Shown: positions 19,068 to 28,799 of the stretch, in pieces
How positions within the stretch are numbered: the stretch's first letter is position 1
How the letters are laid out: the number at the start of each line of letters is the position of its first letter
Assembly: GCA_964597495.1 (NCBI GenBank)
Contig: CAZQYC010000039.1
Location: 1-34,861 of the forward strand
Origin: an uncultured Steroidobacteraceae bacterium
GTDB taxonomy: Bacteria > Pseudomonadota > Gammaproteobacteria > Steroidobacterales > Steroidobacteraceae
Direction: 5' to 3'
Length of the DNA: 34,861 nt
Program-made: the position numbers and the translations under genes
Notes under the pieces: model-generated
Seen by the model: the letters and a program-made list of their open reading frames with translations, nothing else
Told to the model about the DNA's origin: nothing
Databases searched by the model: none

Positions 19068-19403
19068 ATGATGGGTTTTCCCGGTGGCAGTCGGATTTGG
19101 TTAGCGTGTGTGATAACGCGTCCGAAGTCGTTCACAGATCGCCCCATTGTCCGGCAGAAGGTTATCGAAATAGTGGCGCACGGCCGAGGAGGTGATCGTG
19201 GTGTTGGCTGTAATAGTAATTTCCAGATTCGAAGCGCCATACTAATGCATAAGAAAACATGCGTTTTGAATGGGCGTCCCTGGAATGTATTCGTGATAAA
19301 GACGGTACGGGCATATGCTAGATATGAGTGGGCCATAGACCGGGTGTTTACTGGTTGGTGTGACGAAATTGGTAAGGATCTAAGAGATGGGAGTCGAACC
19401 TGA
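19068..19403 (+). pseudogene. Degenerate IS66-family tnpB-like fragment
   Basis: FPGGSRIWLACVITRPKSF resembles the IS66 TnpB N-terminus (LPxGxRIWLAxGxTDMRKGF). The rest has decayed. Together with the 17529 fragment it defines an IS66 remnant split by the IS3 element. Confidence 0.4.
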
Positions 19404-20127
19404 TCCAGTAGCTTTTGAGGAGTTTAAGAAAAAGCAGACGGCAGCGTTTTCCAGGATCGCCTATCGGACGAGAGGAACGCATGGAGCTGACGATCTCATG
19501 TCGGAGGCGTGGCTAATCGCTCTCGAAATCGGTAAACGCAGAGGCTGTCAAATGGATGTCTCCAACTATGTGGAGCAGAATCTGATTCTTGCGTGGCTGT
19601 ACAAGAGGTTTGTCGACTTCGTTGACGGCAAGAATAGAGAAAGTATCGACGACGATGTCTCAGACGGTTTTACTCCTTTGCGTGATCGATTAGCGGCGCC
19701 GGAAGAATCGAATCCGTTGCATGCGTTATTGCTAGTCGACGAAGAGCGTCTCACGTCCCCGGCCAGGAAGGGATTTTCGCAATATTCGGCATACATGATT
19801 CTCCTTGAGCGATGTGAGCTGAGCCTCCTTACGCTTGCCGAATACCTTGCCATATCGTTCTCGACACTTCGAACGCGTATTCAAAGTTCTAATGAGCACG
19901 CTGACTGTCAACCTTCGCTTTTTGACGAGGTGGAGCGAATAGACTCCAATTTTCTCCCCCGATCCCAATGGCTGCGCACTCTCTGGCAACGGTGGCAAGC
20001 CAAATCAGCCATTACGGTCGCATGGACTAATATTCGGAAGCTCATCAGTCGAGAAAATAACGATGTTTCTTCAGCAACCATCATGGATCTCTTCGGCTGC
20101 AATGCGAATTCCGCGCAGAGATTGTGA
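19387..20127 (+). CDS. Hypothetical protein with weak sigma-70/ECF-like region 2 and region 4 similarity
   Basis: DDLMSEAWLIAL...ILAWLYKRFVDF is region-2-like. The C-terminal LSLLTLAEYLAISFSTLRTRI is an HTH (region-4-like). The gene is AT-richer than its surroundings. Confidence 0.3.
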   Translation: MGVEPDPVAFEEFKKKQTAAFSRIAYRTRGTHGADDLMSEAWLIALEIGKRRGCQMDVSNYVEQNLILAWLYKRFVDFVDGKNRESIDDDVSDGFTPLRDRLAAPEESNPLHALLLVDEERLTSPARKGFSQYSAYMILLERCELSLLTLAEYLAISFSTLRTRIQSSNEHADCQPSLFDEVERIDSNFLPRSQWLRTLWQRWQAKSAITVAWTNIRKLISRENNDVSSATIMDLFGCNANSAQRL

Positions 20128-20273
20128 CCAACTCAAATTGAGTATGCTGTAATTGTGCCGTGAATAGGCTGCTCTCGAAGTGGAAAGCACCACAAGTAGC
20201 TGATTTATAAAGATCATAGTGCCCAAGTCGTCCTTCGAACAAGAGTGGAGTTCGAATCTCTTCGGCGCGGCCA
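20125..20273 (+). repeat. Copy A of a ~150-bp imperfect direct repeat. It ends in a tRNA-like T-arm (GGAGTTCGAATCTCT) plus an acceptor 3' strand and CCA, and it lies upstream of jetA.
   Basis: About 80% identical to copy B at 28800-28955, including the conserved core CTGATTTATAAAGATC. No complementary 5' acceptor strand was found, so it is not an intact tRNA. Confidence 0.6.
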
Positions 20274-20563
20274 ATTTCTCAAATGGAGTTCTGGATCGAT
20301 AGCTCAATGCACACACGTAGCATGTACATGCCAAAATAATGTACATCAGTAAGTATTAAATCCGTGTATCTCACTAGCTCAACCATCCTCTGTTCGCGTG
20401 CCTCGTTCAGTGGTTCGCATAAACAGGAGCAAGGATGCTAGAGAAGCAGTCAAGTATCGGAGAGAATCAATGATTGTTAGCCGGTTTTCCAACTATAAGA
20501 TTTCAGACCTACTTTATCGAGCAACCTAGTTGGTTACCTGCGAACGCATAGCTGAACCTAAGC

Positions 20564-22114
20564 ATGGATCACACAAGAATCCAACCCAACGTCGTTGACT
20601 CTGCGGATTTGCTCCGCCATATCACGGCAGACAAAGCGCCGCTCTACCGTAGCATCATGGATGTATTCGCGGCGGCTAAGCGGCAATACCGGCTGCAACT
20701 TCGGCCCGATGAAGTGGCTAGCGAAGCCACCTGGCCAGGGGACACACCCCGCATTGAAGAGATCAATGCCATGCTCACGCAGCTGTCGCAATGGGGCAAC
20801 CTGGAGTCACAGCCAGACACAACACGTGTTTCGACACTCAGCGATTTCTATCGAGCGAGATATCTGTATCGGTTGTCCCATGGCGGTGAAGCGGTCGAAG
20901 CCGGCCTCGCCGTGCTATTGCAGACGTTGCGTCGTCGCGCCGAACTGCAGACCGTTGCGCTCGAGGACATCGCTGGCCGCTTGCTTGCGCTCAAGCAACT
21001 CATCGAAGCCGATACCGATGGCAAGGGGCCCGATGTAGCAAAGTCGCACGAAACTCTGCGCGACCTCGTACGCGTATTTGAGGACCTCGCCGAAAACGCG
21101 CAATCCTTCATGGCCAGTGTTGCTCGCAGCCTGGAACTCCAGCAAGCGGACGCGAACACAATCGTCAACTACAAGCGCCGCCTGATCGACTATCTGGAGC
21201 GATTCATCGGCGACCTGGTCCGCCGATCCGACAGCATCGCTCGATTGATCCAGTATCTGACGAGCTATGTCGATGGAATTTTTTTGCAGATCGCGGAGCG
21301 CGAAGCCAGGGATGCTGCGCCCGGCGATGCGAGCGATCAGCAGGATCAGAAGATCGAACGATGGAGTGTTTGGACAGAACGTTGGAAAGGGCTGCGCGGG
21401 TGGTTTCTTTCCACTGGTGCAGAGCCGCCTCAAGCGGAGCTGCTGAGAGCGCGGGCCCGAGCAGCAATTCCGCTGCTGCTTGGCGCGATAGCGACGTTGA
21501 ACGAGCGTCGCAGCGGTCGCAGCGATCGCTCGGCGGATTTCCGCGTTCTGGCGCAGTGGTTCGCCGCCTGTGGCACCGATGGAGAGGCGCATCGTATGGC
21601 GCGTGCTGCGTTCGCACTCCAACCAGCTCGGCATTTCTCGCTCAATCCGCATGCAGATGGCGATCTTCCCGCCAGCACACCGTGGGCTGAAGCACCGCCG
21701 CTGCAAATAAATCCTCGACTACGCGAGTATGGTGAGGCAGCACCTCGTGGTCCGTTACCACGCGTCAGGGATAGGAGCGCGGAACGTGAATTGATGGCGC
21801 AGCAATTAGCTGAAGAGTCTCGGCAAGTGCAAGCCGCGCGGCAGCGCCTTGCAACGGGGCGTCCAGCTCGTTTGTCAGAAATCGGCGAACTCGACAAGCA
21901 TGCATTTCAACTCTTTCTGGGCTTGTTAGGCGAAGCGCTTTCGGACCAGCTCAATCCCGATCAGCCGGTGGAGCTGCAAACGGGTGACGGACTCCTTCGA
22001 GTACGTCTGGAACCCTTGCCCGCTGAGAGCCGAGCCACCATTGAAACGCCCGCCGGCACGTTCTCGGGAAGAGATCACCTGCTGACCATCACCGAGATCC
22101 ACGCAACCGAATGA
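20564..22114 (+). CDS. jetA: Wadjet JetA (MksF/kleisin-like, DUF3375-type)
   Basis: First gene of a four-gene operon with the size pattern 516/411/1387/421 aa and ATGA-overlapped junctions. Identified mainly by operon context with JetC and JetD. Confidence 0.55.
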   Translation: MDHTRIQPNVVDSADLLRHITADKAPLYRSIMDVFAAAKRQYRLQLRPDEVASEATWPGDTPRIEEINAMLTQLSQWGNLESQPDTTRVSTLSDFYRARYLYRLSHGGEAVEAGLAVLLQTLRRRAELQTVALEDIAGRLLALKQLIEADTDGKGPDVAKSHETLRDLVRVFEDLAENAQSFMASVARSLELQQADANTIVNYKRRLIDYLERFIGDLVRRSDSIARLIQYLTSYVDGIFLQIAEREARDAAPGDASDQQDQKIERWSVWTERWKGLRGWFLSTGAEPPQAELLRARARAAIPLLLGAIATLNERRSGRSDRSADFRVLAQWFAACGTDGEAHRMARAAFALQPARHFSLNPHADGDLPASTPWAEAPPLQINPRLREYGEAAPRGPLPRVRDRSAERELMAQQLAEESRQVQAARQRLATGRPARLSEIGELDKHAFQLFLGLLGEALSDQLNPDQPVELQTGDGLLRVRLEPLPAESRATIETPAGTFSGRDHLLTITEIHATE

Positions 22115-23346
22115 GCACCCGGCGATCACTGCAGGACAGCCGACGGATCGGCGATCTCCAAAAGTCCATGCAACAGGATGAATTCCGTAAGGCGTTGCGC
22201 GCATTGCTGATGACGCCGCTGATGTCACCCGAGCATGAAGATTTTGCAGCAGTGCGCCGGCAGGCCGAGCGGGTGCGCGATTGGTTCGCACGCGAGACCG
22301 GCTGGCCCTTATACATCGATCGTGAAGGTGCGCGCTTGTTCAAGCGACCCGCCGACTTGACGGACGATACCCGCGGCCTGCCTGAATACAATCGCTATCG
22401 CTATGTGCTGCTTTGCCTGTGCTGCGCCGTGCTTGAACGCGCCGATCCTCAGATCACGTTGAGGGTGCTCGGTGAACGTGTGATGCAGCTGGCGGCTGAT
22501 CCTACGCTCGCCGCATACGGATACGAATTTACTTTCGGGACGGCTGTCGAACGGCGTGCTCTCGTAGCTGTGTGCAAGACGCTGCTGGAACAAGGAGTGT
22601 TGCAGCGAGTGGCGGGTGACGAGGAAAATTTCGTGCACGAGAGCGGGTGGACGCAGTCGGACGCGCTCTACGATGTGCAACGGCGATTATTGGCTGGCAT
22701 GCTCGCCGCCATTCGCGGACCCTCGACTTGGCGCGCTGAAGAAGCACCGGCAGATTTCGAATCTCGCTTGCGATCTCTGATTGCCGAACATATCACAGAC
22801 AGCGATCAGGGTCGTCGCGACGCCCTGCGCCACTATCTTGCGCGCCGCCTATTGGACGATCCCGTACTTTATACCTCTTCACTGAGCGAGGAAGCTCAAG
22901 CGTACTTCATCAATCAGCGCGGTCCGATGGCAAGCCGGCTCAGCGATGCGCTAGGACTCATCGCCGAGCAGCGCGCCGAGGGTTTGGCGCTCACCGACGA
23001 AGCGGGGCAACTCACTGATGTGACTATGCCGGCCGAAGGGACGGAGGCGCACGCCACATTGCTCGTCGCGGAATTTCTCGCGCAACGTTTGCGCTCGAGT
23101 TCATTGCCTACGGTAACGACAATGGACGCGATTGCGGGTCACTTGCGTAACGCAAGCGCGCAGTACGGCAAATACTGGCGCAAATCCGCACGCGCACCCG
23201 GTGCGGAGAAAGAGCTTGCCGGTATCGCCGTCGACAGGCTTCGCAAGTTGCGACTGGTTGCGCTCGAACAGAATCGCATCACACCGTTGCCCGCCATTGC
23301 GCGCTTCGCGGTGGGACAAACCGATATCCGTGCCACAGATTCATGA
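22111..23346 (+). CDS. jetB: Wadjet JetB (MksE-like, DUF4194-type)
   Basis: Start ATG overlaps the jetA stop (ATGA at 22111-22114). Position and size fit JetB. Confidence 0.55.
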   Translation: MSTRRSLQDSRRIGDLQKSMQQDEFRKALRALLMTPLMSPEHEDFAAVRRQAERVRDWFARETGWPLYIDREGARLFKRPADLTDDTRGLPEYNRYRYVLLCLCCAVLERADPQITLRVLGERVMQLAADPTLAAYGYEFTFGTAVERRALVAVCKTLLEQGVLQRVAGDEENFVHESGWTQSDALYDVQRRLLAGMLAAIRGPSTWRAEEAPADFESRLRSLIAEHITDSDQGRRDALRHYLARRLLDDPVLYTSSLSEEAQAYFINQRGPMASRLSDALGLIAEQRAEGLALTDEAGQLTDVTMPAEGTEAHATLLVAEFLAQRLRSSSLPTVTTMDAIAGHLRNASAQYGKYWRKSARAPGAEKELAGIAVDRLRKLRLVALEQNRITPLPAIARFAVGQTDIRATDS

Positions 23347-26300
23347 GCGACACTCCGCCAACTCCACCACCTGCGTTGCCCCGACCGACCCGAGAACGGT
23401 GGCAGCCATTGCGGCTAGGCGTGGTCGAAGTCTTCCACTACGACAGCGAGGAGTTTTGGTTTCACGATGGTCATTTGCTGTTACGCGGCAACAACGGCAC
23501 TGGCAAGTCCAAGGTGCTTTCGCTAACGCTGCCATTTTTGTTCGACGCGCAGTTGCGTCCTTCGCGCATCGAGCCCGACGGCGATGCCAGCAAGCGAATG
23601 TCGTGGAACCTGCTGATGAACAGTTATCCGCGCCGCATGGGCTACACCTGGATTGAATTCGGTCGGCGTCTCAGCGACGGCTCGGTGCGTTATTTGACGC
23701 TGGGTGCTGGTCTTTTGGCGGTGGATGGCAAGCCGCAAGTCGATAGCTGGTACTTCATTCTTGACGGAGGCGACCACCAGACCGGTGTGCGCATCGGCCA
23801 GGATTTATGGCTCACCGGTACGCAGCGCGTCGTGCTCACACGCGACCGCCTGCGGGAACGCATCGAAGATCCGGGCTGGGGCCAGGTATTCGAGTTCAGC
23901 GGCCAGTACCGTCGGGCCGTCGATGAGCGGCTGTTCCATTTGGGCAGCAAACGTTACGACGCGCTTATGGATACGCTGATCCAGTTGCGACAACCGCAGC
24001 TATCGAAAAAGCCGGACGAGGCCGGTTTGTCTCAGGCTCTGAGCGACGCACTGCCGCCCATTCCATCCGAGCTACTGACGGATGTGGCCCAAGCGCTCAA
24101 CCAACTGGAGGAGGATCGCAATCGCTTAGAAGAGCTGCGGCAGCTGGAGCGCGCTATCCGGCAGTTCGAGAGCCGCTATCGAGTGTACGCTGGCATGTTG
24201 ACCCGCCGACAAGCTCGCGAGCTGCGTCAAGCGCAGACGGGTTTCGACAACGCCAGCGAGGAGCGCAACAAGGCGCAGACCGAACTCGAGAGAACGCAGC
24301 AAGCCGAACAGGCCGGCATCGCCGCTCACGAGCAGGCTCGGCAAACGCTGGCCGCTGCGCGTGAGCATCTGGAGACTCTGCAGAGCGATCCCGCCAATCA
24401 AGACGCAAATCGCCTGAATCAGGCGGAACGAGACGCGTTGGAGGCAAACATCGCCGTCGCGTCCGTGGCCAAGCAGTGCGAAGAAGCGCGCCAGAAACTC
24501 ACAAGAGAAGAAGAACGCAGCCGGAAAGCGGCCGAGCGTGCCGACAACGCACAAGCGGAACTTCTATCCGTTCGGAAGCAATGCTGGAATGAAGCAGAAG
24601 CGGCGAGGGCGCTTGGCTCCTTCGAGTCCAATCGGCTCGCTGCGGCGACACCGGATGAGCTCGCGACGCTAGCGCGATCGGAGCTTGCAGCGGCGGCGGA
24701 AGAACTGCGTCTGGCTGGCGCGAAACGGCGCCAGGACATCAGGCACTTGGAACAGCGCCATGCCGCGGCGGACAAGAAATTGTCGGCGCTTGAATCGCTG
24801 CAAGTGACGCAGCGCGAGCGCCAGGCAGAGCTGGAGGACGCGCTGAGAAAGCGCACTGCCGCGGATGGCAATGCAGAGCTGGCCGCGAGTAGCCTTATCG
24901 AGGCATGGGTCGCACACATCGGTGCGCTGGGCCAGCTGCGCCTGGATGAGGTAGCGGTAATGCCGCAGCTCACAGCGTGGACCGCTCGCCCTGAGGGATT
25001 GAATCCGGCCAATTCGGCCCTTGGCGAAGCCTATCGGCAGGTCTCGCTTGATCATGCACGACGCGAGTCGTTGCTCAACGCAGAACAAACAGCGCAGGAG
25101 CATCGCCGCGCCGAGTTAATCGCCGAACGCGATCGGCTCGTTGCTGGTCATGATGCATTTCCACCGGCGAGGCCGACACGCTTGCCTGGTATTCGCGAGA
25201 AACGAGACGGCGCCCCATTCTGGCAACTGGTGGATTTCCAATCTCATCTCGAGCCAGCCGAACGCGCTGGCATTGAGGCTGCGCTAGAGGCGTGTGGCTT
25301 GCTGGACGCATGGCTCGCTCCGCATGGCACGTTGATCGCTCCCGACGGCACCGCATTACTGGATAGTCACTGGATTCGGCGTCCCGTCACGGCTACGACG
25401 AACCTGGCGAGCGCGTTGTGCCCAGCCGTGCCGGACGGCATCAGCATCGACGTTGCATTGATCACTGCACTACTGAGCAGCGTCGCGTATGGAGACGATG
25501 ACATGATGTCGGCCGAATCTTGGATCTCGAGAGACGGACGTTATCGACTTGGAGCCCTAGCCGGCGCGTGGCAAAAGAGCGAAGCGGTCTATGTCGGCCA
25601 CTCGGCTCGCGAGAAGGCGCGTAAGCGCCGCCTTGATGAGATTTCTCTACTAATCGAGGAGCTGAACGTCGCTGCCGCTGATATCGAGCGGCGCTTTGCC
25701 GAGCTGCACGCGGACCGCGAGCGCAGCAAGCAGGAGCTTGACGCTGCACCGTCTGATGTAACGCTTCGCGAAACAGTTCTCACAGCCGCAAGCGCCGGAC
25801 AGGAAGTCGCGAGGGCCTACCAGCGCTTCGAGCAAATCGAGACTCAATGCCGCGTTGCCGAGGATGAGCTGCAGGCGGCACGGGAAACAGTGCAGAAGGA
25901 TGCTGCAGATTTGCAACTCCCAAGCGAACCGTCGGCGCTGATATCGGTCAGCGATGCGGTCGATCGATTCAATGCCAGTTACCAGCATTTGCTATCAGCC
26001 GCACGTGAATGGCGCACCGCTCACCCCGAATATGTGGCGCAGCACGAGCGCGAAATCGAAGCTCGCCATGGGCTCTCGCAATTCGAGAGCACTAGAGCTG
26101 AGACAGTTGAGCGCGCGGAAAGAGCCCGCGTGCGCTTCGAAACGTTGCGCAACGCCGTCGGTCAGCAAGTGGAGCTGCTTCGGCAACAGCTGACAATTGC
26201 GCGGACGAAAGTGGATACAGCCGAGGATCACCTCGACAAGCAACAACTGTCCTTGAATGAGGCCCGCGAGCAACGTGTCATTGCTCATGCTCGGGCCGAA

Positions 26301-27506
26301 ACAGCCGAAGCAGCACTGACCGAGCGTGTCGAGGTTCGTGGCAGGGCGGTCGATAAATTGCAGCGCTTCACCGCCAGTGGCCTGCTTTCAGCCGCATTGC
26401 CTCAAATGGAGTTGCCGGATTTGGCAACGACCTGGACCATCGATCCAGCACTGACGCTGGCCCGCCGTACCGAGCAGGCGCTTACGCACATCAACGACGA
26501 CGAGGCTCATTGGAATCGCGTGCAACATCAGATCGGCGAAGATCTGACTGAGCTGCTTCGTTCGCTGAGCGCTCTGGGACATCACGCCAGCTCCGAGCCC
26601 AACGATTGGGGCTTTACTGTTCATATCCAGTATCAAAACCGCTCAGAACGTCCAGACACGTTAGCCAACGCTCTGGCGTACGATATCGCACAGCGGAGCG
26701 AGCTTCTTTCTGCCAAGGAGCGAGAGGTATTGGAGAACCACCTGCAGGCCGAGATAGCGGCTGAGATTCAGCGCTTGATGCGAGCTGCCGATCAGCAGGT
26801 CGGCACGATCAACGAGGAACTACATAAGCGCCCGACGACTACAGGTGTGCGCTATCGGTTGCTATGGCAGCCGCTATCTGCAGAGGACGGTGCTCCGGCG
26901 GGATTGGAGATCGCACGGGAGCGGTTGCTTCACACCAGCTCCGATCTGTGGTCGACAGAAGACCGCAGAGTGGTCGGTACGATGTTGCAACAACAGATCG
27001 TAGCGGAGCGTGCCCGAGCCGATGCGGAAACCAGTGGCACCGGCGGTAGTCTGCTCGATCAACTAGCCCGTGCTTTGGACTATCGTCGCTGGCACCGCTT
27101 TCGCGTGCAGCGACATCAGGATGGTCAATGGCGCAAACTGTCGGGACCAGCTTCCAGCGGTGAACGCGCGCTGGGCCTGACCGTGCCATTGTTCGCCGCC
27201 ATCGCGAGTTTCTACGGCCGAGGCGGCAGCCCACTCGCGCCAAGACTAATGCTGCTCGATGAAGCCTTCGCAGGCATCGACGATAAGGCCCGCGCCCACT
27301 GCATGGGGTTGATTCGTGAATTCGACCTTGACTTCGTGATCACGAGCGAACGCGAGTGGGCCTGCTATGCCGAGCTGCCTGGTGTATCAATCTGCCAATT
27401 GCAGCGCCGCGAGGGTGTGGACGCGGTGTTCGTTTCCCGCTGGACATGGGACGGGCGCGCCAAGCGACCAGAGCGAGATCCCGATCGAAGATTTCCGCCC
27501 ACATGA
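23343..27506 (+). CDS. jetC: Wadjet JetC (SMC-like ABC ATPase, MksB homologue)
   Basis: N-terminal LLLRGNNGTGKSKVLSLTLPFLFDAQLRP is Walker A with the conserved JetC N-terminus. It has very long Ala/Glu/Arg-rich coiled-coil arms, a C-terminal signature-like SGPASSGERALGLTV, and Walker B LMLLDEAF. Confidence 0.75.
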   Translation: MSDTPPTPPPALPRPTRERWQPLRLGVVEVFHYDSEEFWFHDGHLLLRGNNGTGKSKVLSLTLPFLFDAQLRPSRIEPDGDASKRMSWNLLMNSYPRRMGYTWIEFGRRLSDGSVRYLTLGAGLLAVDGKPQVDSWYFILDGGDHQTGVRIGQDLWLTGTQRVVLTRDRLRERIEDPGWGQVFEFSGQYRRAVDERLFHLGSKRYDALMDTLIQLRQPQLSKKPDEAGLSQALSDALPPIPSELLTDVAQALNQLEEDRNRLEELRQLERAIRQFESRYRVYAGMLTRRQARELRQAQTGFDNASEERNKAQTELERTQQAEQAGIAAHEQARQTLAAAREHLETLQSDPANQDANRLNQAERDALEANIAVASVAKQCEEARQKLTREEERSRKAAERADNAQAELLSVRKQCWNEAEAARALGSFESNRLAAATPDELATLARSELAAAAEELRLAGAKRRQDIRHLEQRHAAADKKLSALESLQVTQRERQAELEDALRKRTAADGNAELAASSLIEAWVAHIGALGQLRLDEVAVMPQLTAWTARPEGLNPANSALGEAYRQVSLDHARRESLLNAEQTAQEHRRAELIAERDRLVAGHDAFPPARPTRLPGIREKRDGAPFWQLVDFQSHLEPAERAGIEAALEACGLLDAWLAPHGTLIAPDGTALLDSHWIRRPVTATTNLASALCPAVPDGISIDVALITALLSSVAYGDDDMMSAESWISRDGRYRLGALAGAWQKSEAVYVGHSAREKARKRRLDEISLLIEELNVAAADIERRFAELHADRERSKQELDAAPSDVTLRETVLTAASAGQEVARAYQRFEQIETQCRVAEDELQAARETVQKDAADLQLPSEPSALISVSDAVDRFNASYQHLLSAAREWRTAHPEYVAQHEREIEARHGLSQFESTRAETVERAERARVRFETLRNAVGQQVELLRQQLTIARTKVDTAEDHLDKQQLSLNEAREQRVIAHARAETAEAALTERVEVRGRAVDKLQRFTASGLLSAALPQMELPDLATTWTIDPALTLARRTEQALTHINDDEAHWNRVQHQIGEDLTELLRSLSALGHHASSEPNDWGFTVHIQYQNRSERPDTLANALAYDIAQRSELLSAKEREVLENHLQAEIAAEIQRLMRAADQQVGTINEELHKRPTTTGVRYRLLWQPLSAEDGAPAGLEIARERLLHTSSDLWSTEDRRVVGTMLQQQIVAERARADAETSGTGGSLLDQLARALDYRRWHRFRVQRHQDGQWRKLSGPASSGERALGLTVPLFAAIASFYGRGGSPLAPRLMLLDEAFAGIDDKARAHCMGLIREFDLDFVITSEREWACYAELPGVSICQLQRREGVDAVFVSRWTWDGRAKRPERDPDRRFPPT

Positions 27507-28768
27507 CACGGGATTTACAGCAACCTGATGTTCGACTGGTGCGCCTCTTCGGCGGTAGTGATCTTGTACGGCTACGACGGCGACTAAGACGTCACTTCGA
27601 GCGACACGGCGGAGGCCTGAGCGGGTCGCTGCAGCTAAGTAATCTGATACCAATTGAGCAAGAAGTACTTGCTCAGTTGATGGGGCGCCCACCCCGTTCC
27701 GCGCGATCTATTCGTATACACCTTGATCAGCTGGACGCTTCACTGCGAGGTGCCGGAATCGCGGACTCGCTGCGCGCGGCATTGGAGATGTTGGATGGTC
27801 CTATCGAGGACCGTGCAGCTCTTCGGCAAGCTCGCCTGCTGCGATGGACGCAGGTGATCGATGCCGAGCGCTGGCATCCCATACTCCGTCTGTGGCTGCA
27901 AACGCCAACAACGGTCACGTCGCTCAAGCGCCTTGCTCGCGGTGACCCCTCCGCTGCTGAGCAATTACTTGAGCAAGCGAGTCGAGTGATGCGGCGACTT
28001 CCATCGGCGGGTATCACCAGAGCGCAGCTGGCTGCAGAAACGCTCGGCAATGCACATTCACTCGACAATGGATATCCGACATCAACGATTGTTCTCTCTG
28101 CACTGAGGCAGGAAAGCAGTCCAGACGATGCGCCTGCGACTGATGGACGGAACAGCGAGAGCGCGAAGGCTTCCGAGCGTGCTAGGGAAACCTGGGCCCG
28201 CGTAGGCGTACTTGTAAACGAGCTGGCGCGGCCCGCGCTGTGCTTGAATTTGCCAATGCCATTTCCAACGTTGATCGGTGGCTCATCGGGGGAACCACAA
28301 TATTTCTCACTGCGCTTTCTACTCCGCAAGAAACCTGTGTGGCAGTTTGATGGCATGCCGATTTACGTCTGCGAGAACCCCAACGTAATCGCGATTGCAG
28401 CGGATCAACTGGGCTCTCGCTGTGCGCCTCTGATCTGCACCGAAGGCATGCCTGCAGCCGCCCAGCGGGCATTGCTGACACAGTTGACTCGCGCCGGAGC
28501 CCGATTGCTCTACCACGGCGACTTTGACTGGCCAGGCGTACGCATAGCCAACTTTGTCATGCGCATTTGGCCCGCATTGCCTTGGCGCTTCACCACTGCT
28601 GATTACGAGGCGGCTGTTTCGCGCACAACACACAGCGTGCACGATTTGAGCGATATTCCTGTTAGCGCATCCTGGGATGATTCCTTGACGGAAGCGATGA
28701 AAATCCGTGGCTGCGCTATCGCTGAAGAAGCCGTTGTCTCTGAGTTGCTAAAAGACTTGGCACTCTAG
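27503..28768 (+). CDS. jetD: Wadjet JetD (MksG-like, Toprim/DUF2220-type nuclease subunit)
   Basis: Start ATG overlaps the jetC stop (ATGA at 27503-27506). The C-terminal Toprim-like acidic motifs are LICTEGMP and LLYHGDFDWPG. Confidence 0.65.
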   Translation: MTRDLQQPDVRLVRLFGGSDLVRLRRRLRRHFERHGGGLSGSLQLSNLIPIEQEVLAQLMGRPPRSARSIRIHLDQLDASLRGAGIADSLRAALEMLDGPIEDRAALRQARLLRWTQVIDAERWHPILRLWLQTPTTVTSLKRLARGDPSAAEQLLEQASRVMRRLPSAGITRAQLAAETLGNAHSLDNGYPTSTIVLSALRQESSPDDAPATDGRNSESAKASERARETWARVGVLVNELARPALCLNLPMPFPTLIGGSSGEPQYFSLRFLLRKKPVWQFDGMPIYVCENPNVIAIAADQLGSRCAPLICTEGMPAAAQRALLTQLTRAGARLLYHGDFDWPGVRIANFVMRIWPALPWRFTTADYEAAVSRTTHSVHDLSDIPVSASWDDSLTEAMKIRGCAIAEEAVVSELLKDLAL

Positions 28769-28799
28769 ACAGTAGTTATAGTAGTTAATGTCGTGATCT

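Noticed and set aside
20201-20216. TTTATAAA inside the conserved repeat core as a possible -10 promoter element
   Set aside because: No plausible -35 hexamer lies at 16-19 bp in either copy. Conservation is equally explained by RNA or att-site function.
23343-27506. Numerous 60-200-aa ORFs on both strands inside jetC and other large genes
   Set aside because: These are antisense or out-of-frame artefacts of GC-rich coding sequence. They are Arg/Ala/Ser-rich, have no start context, and are nested within a strongly supported gene.
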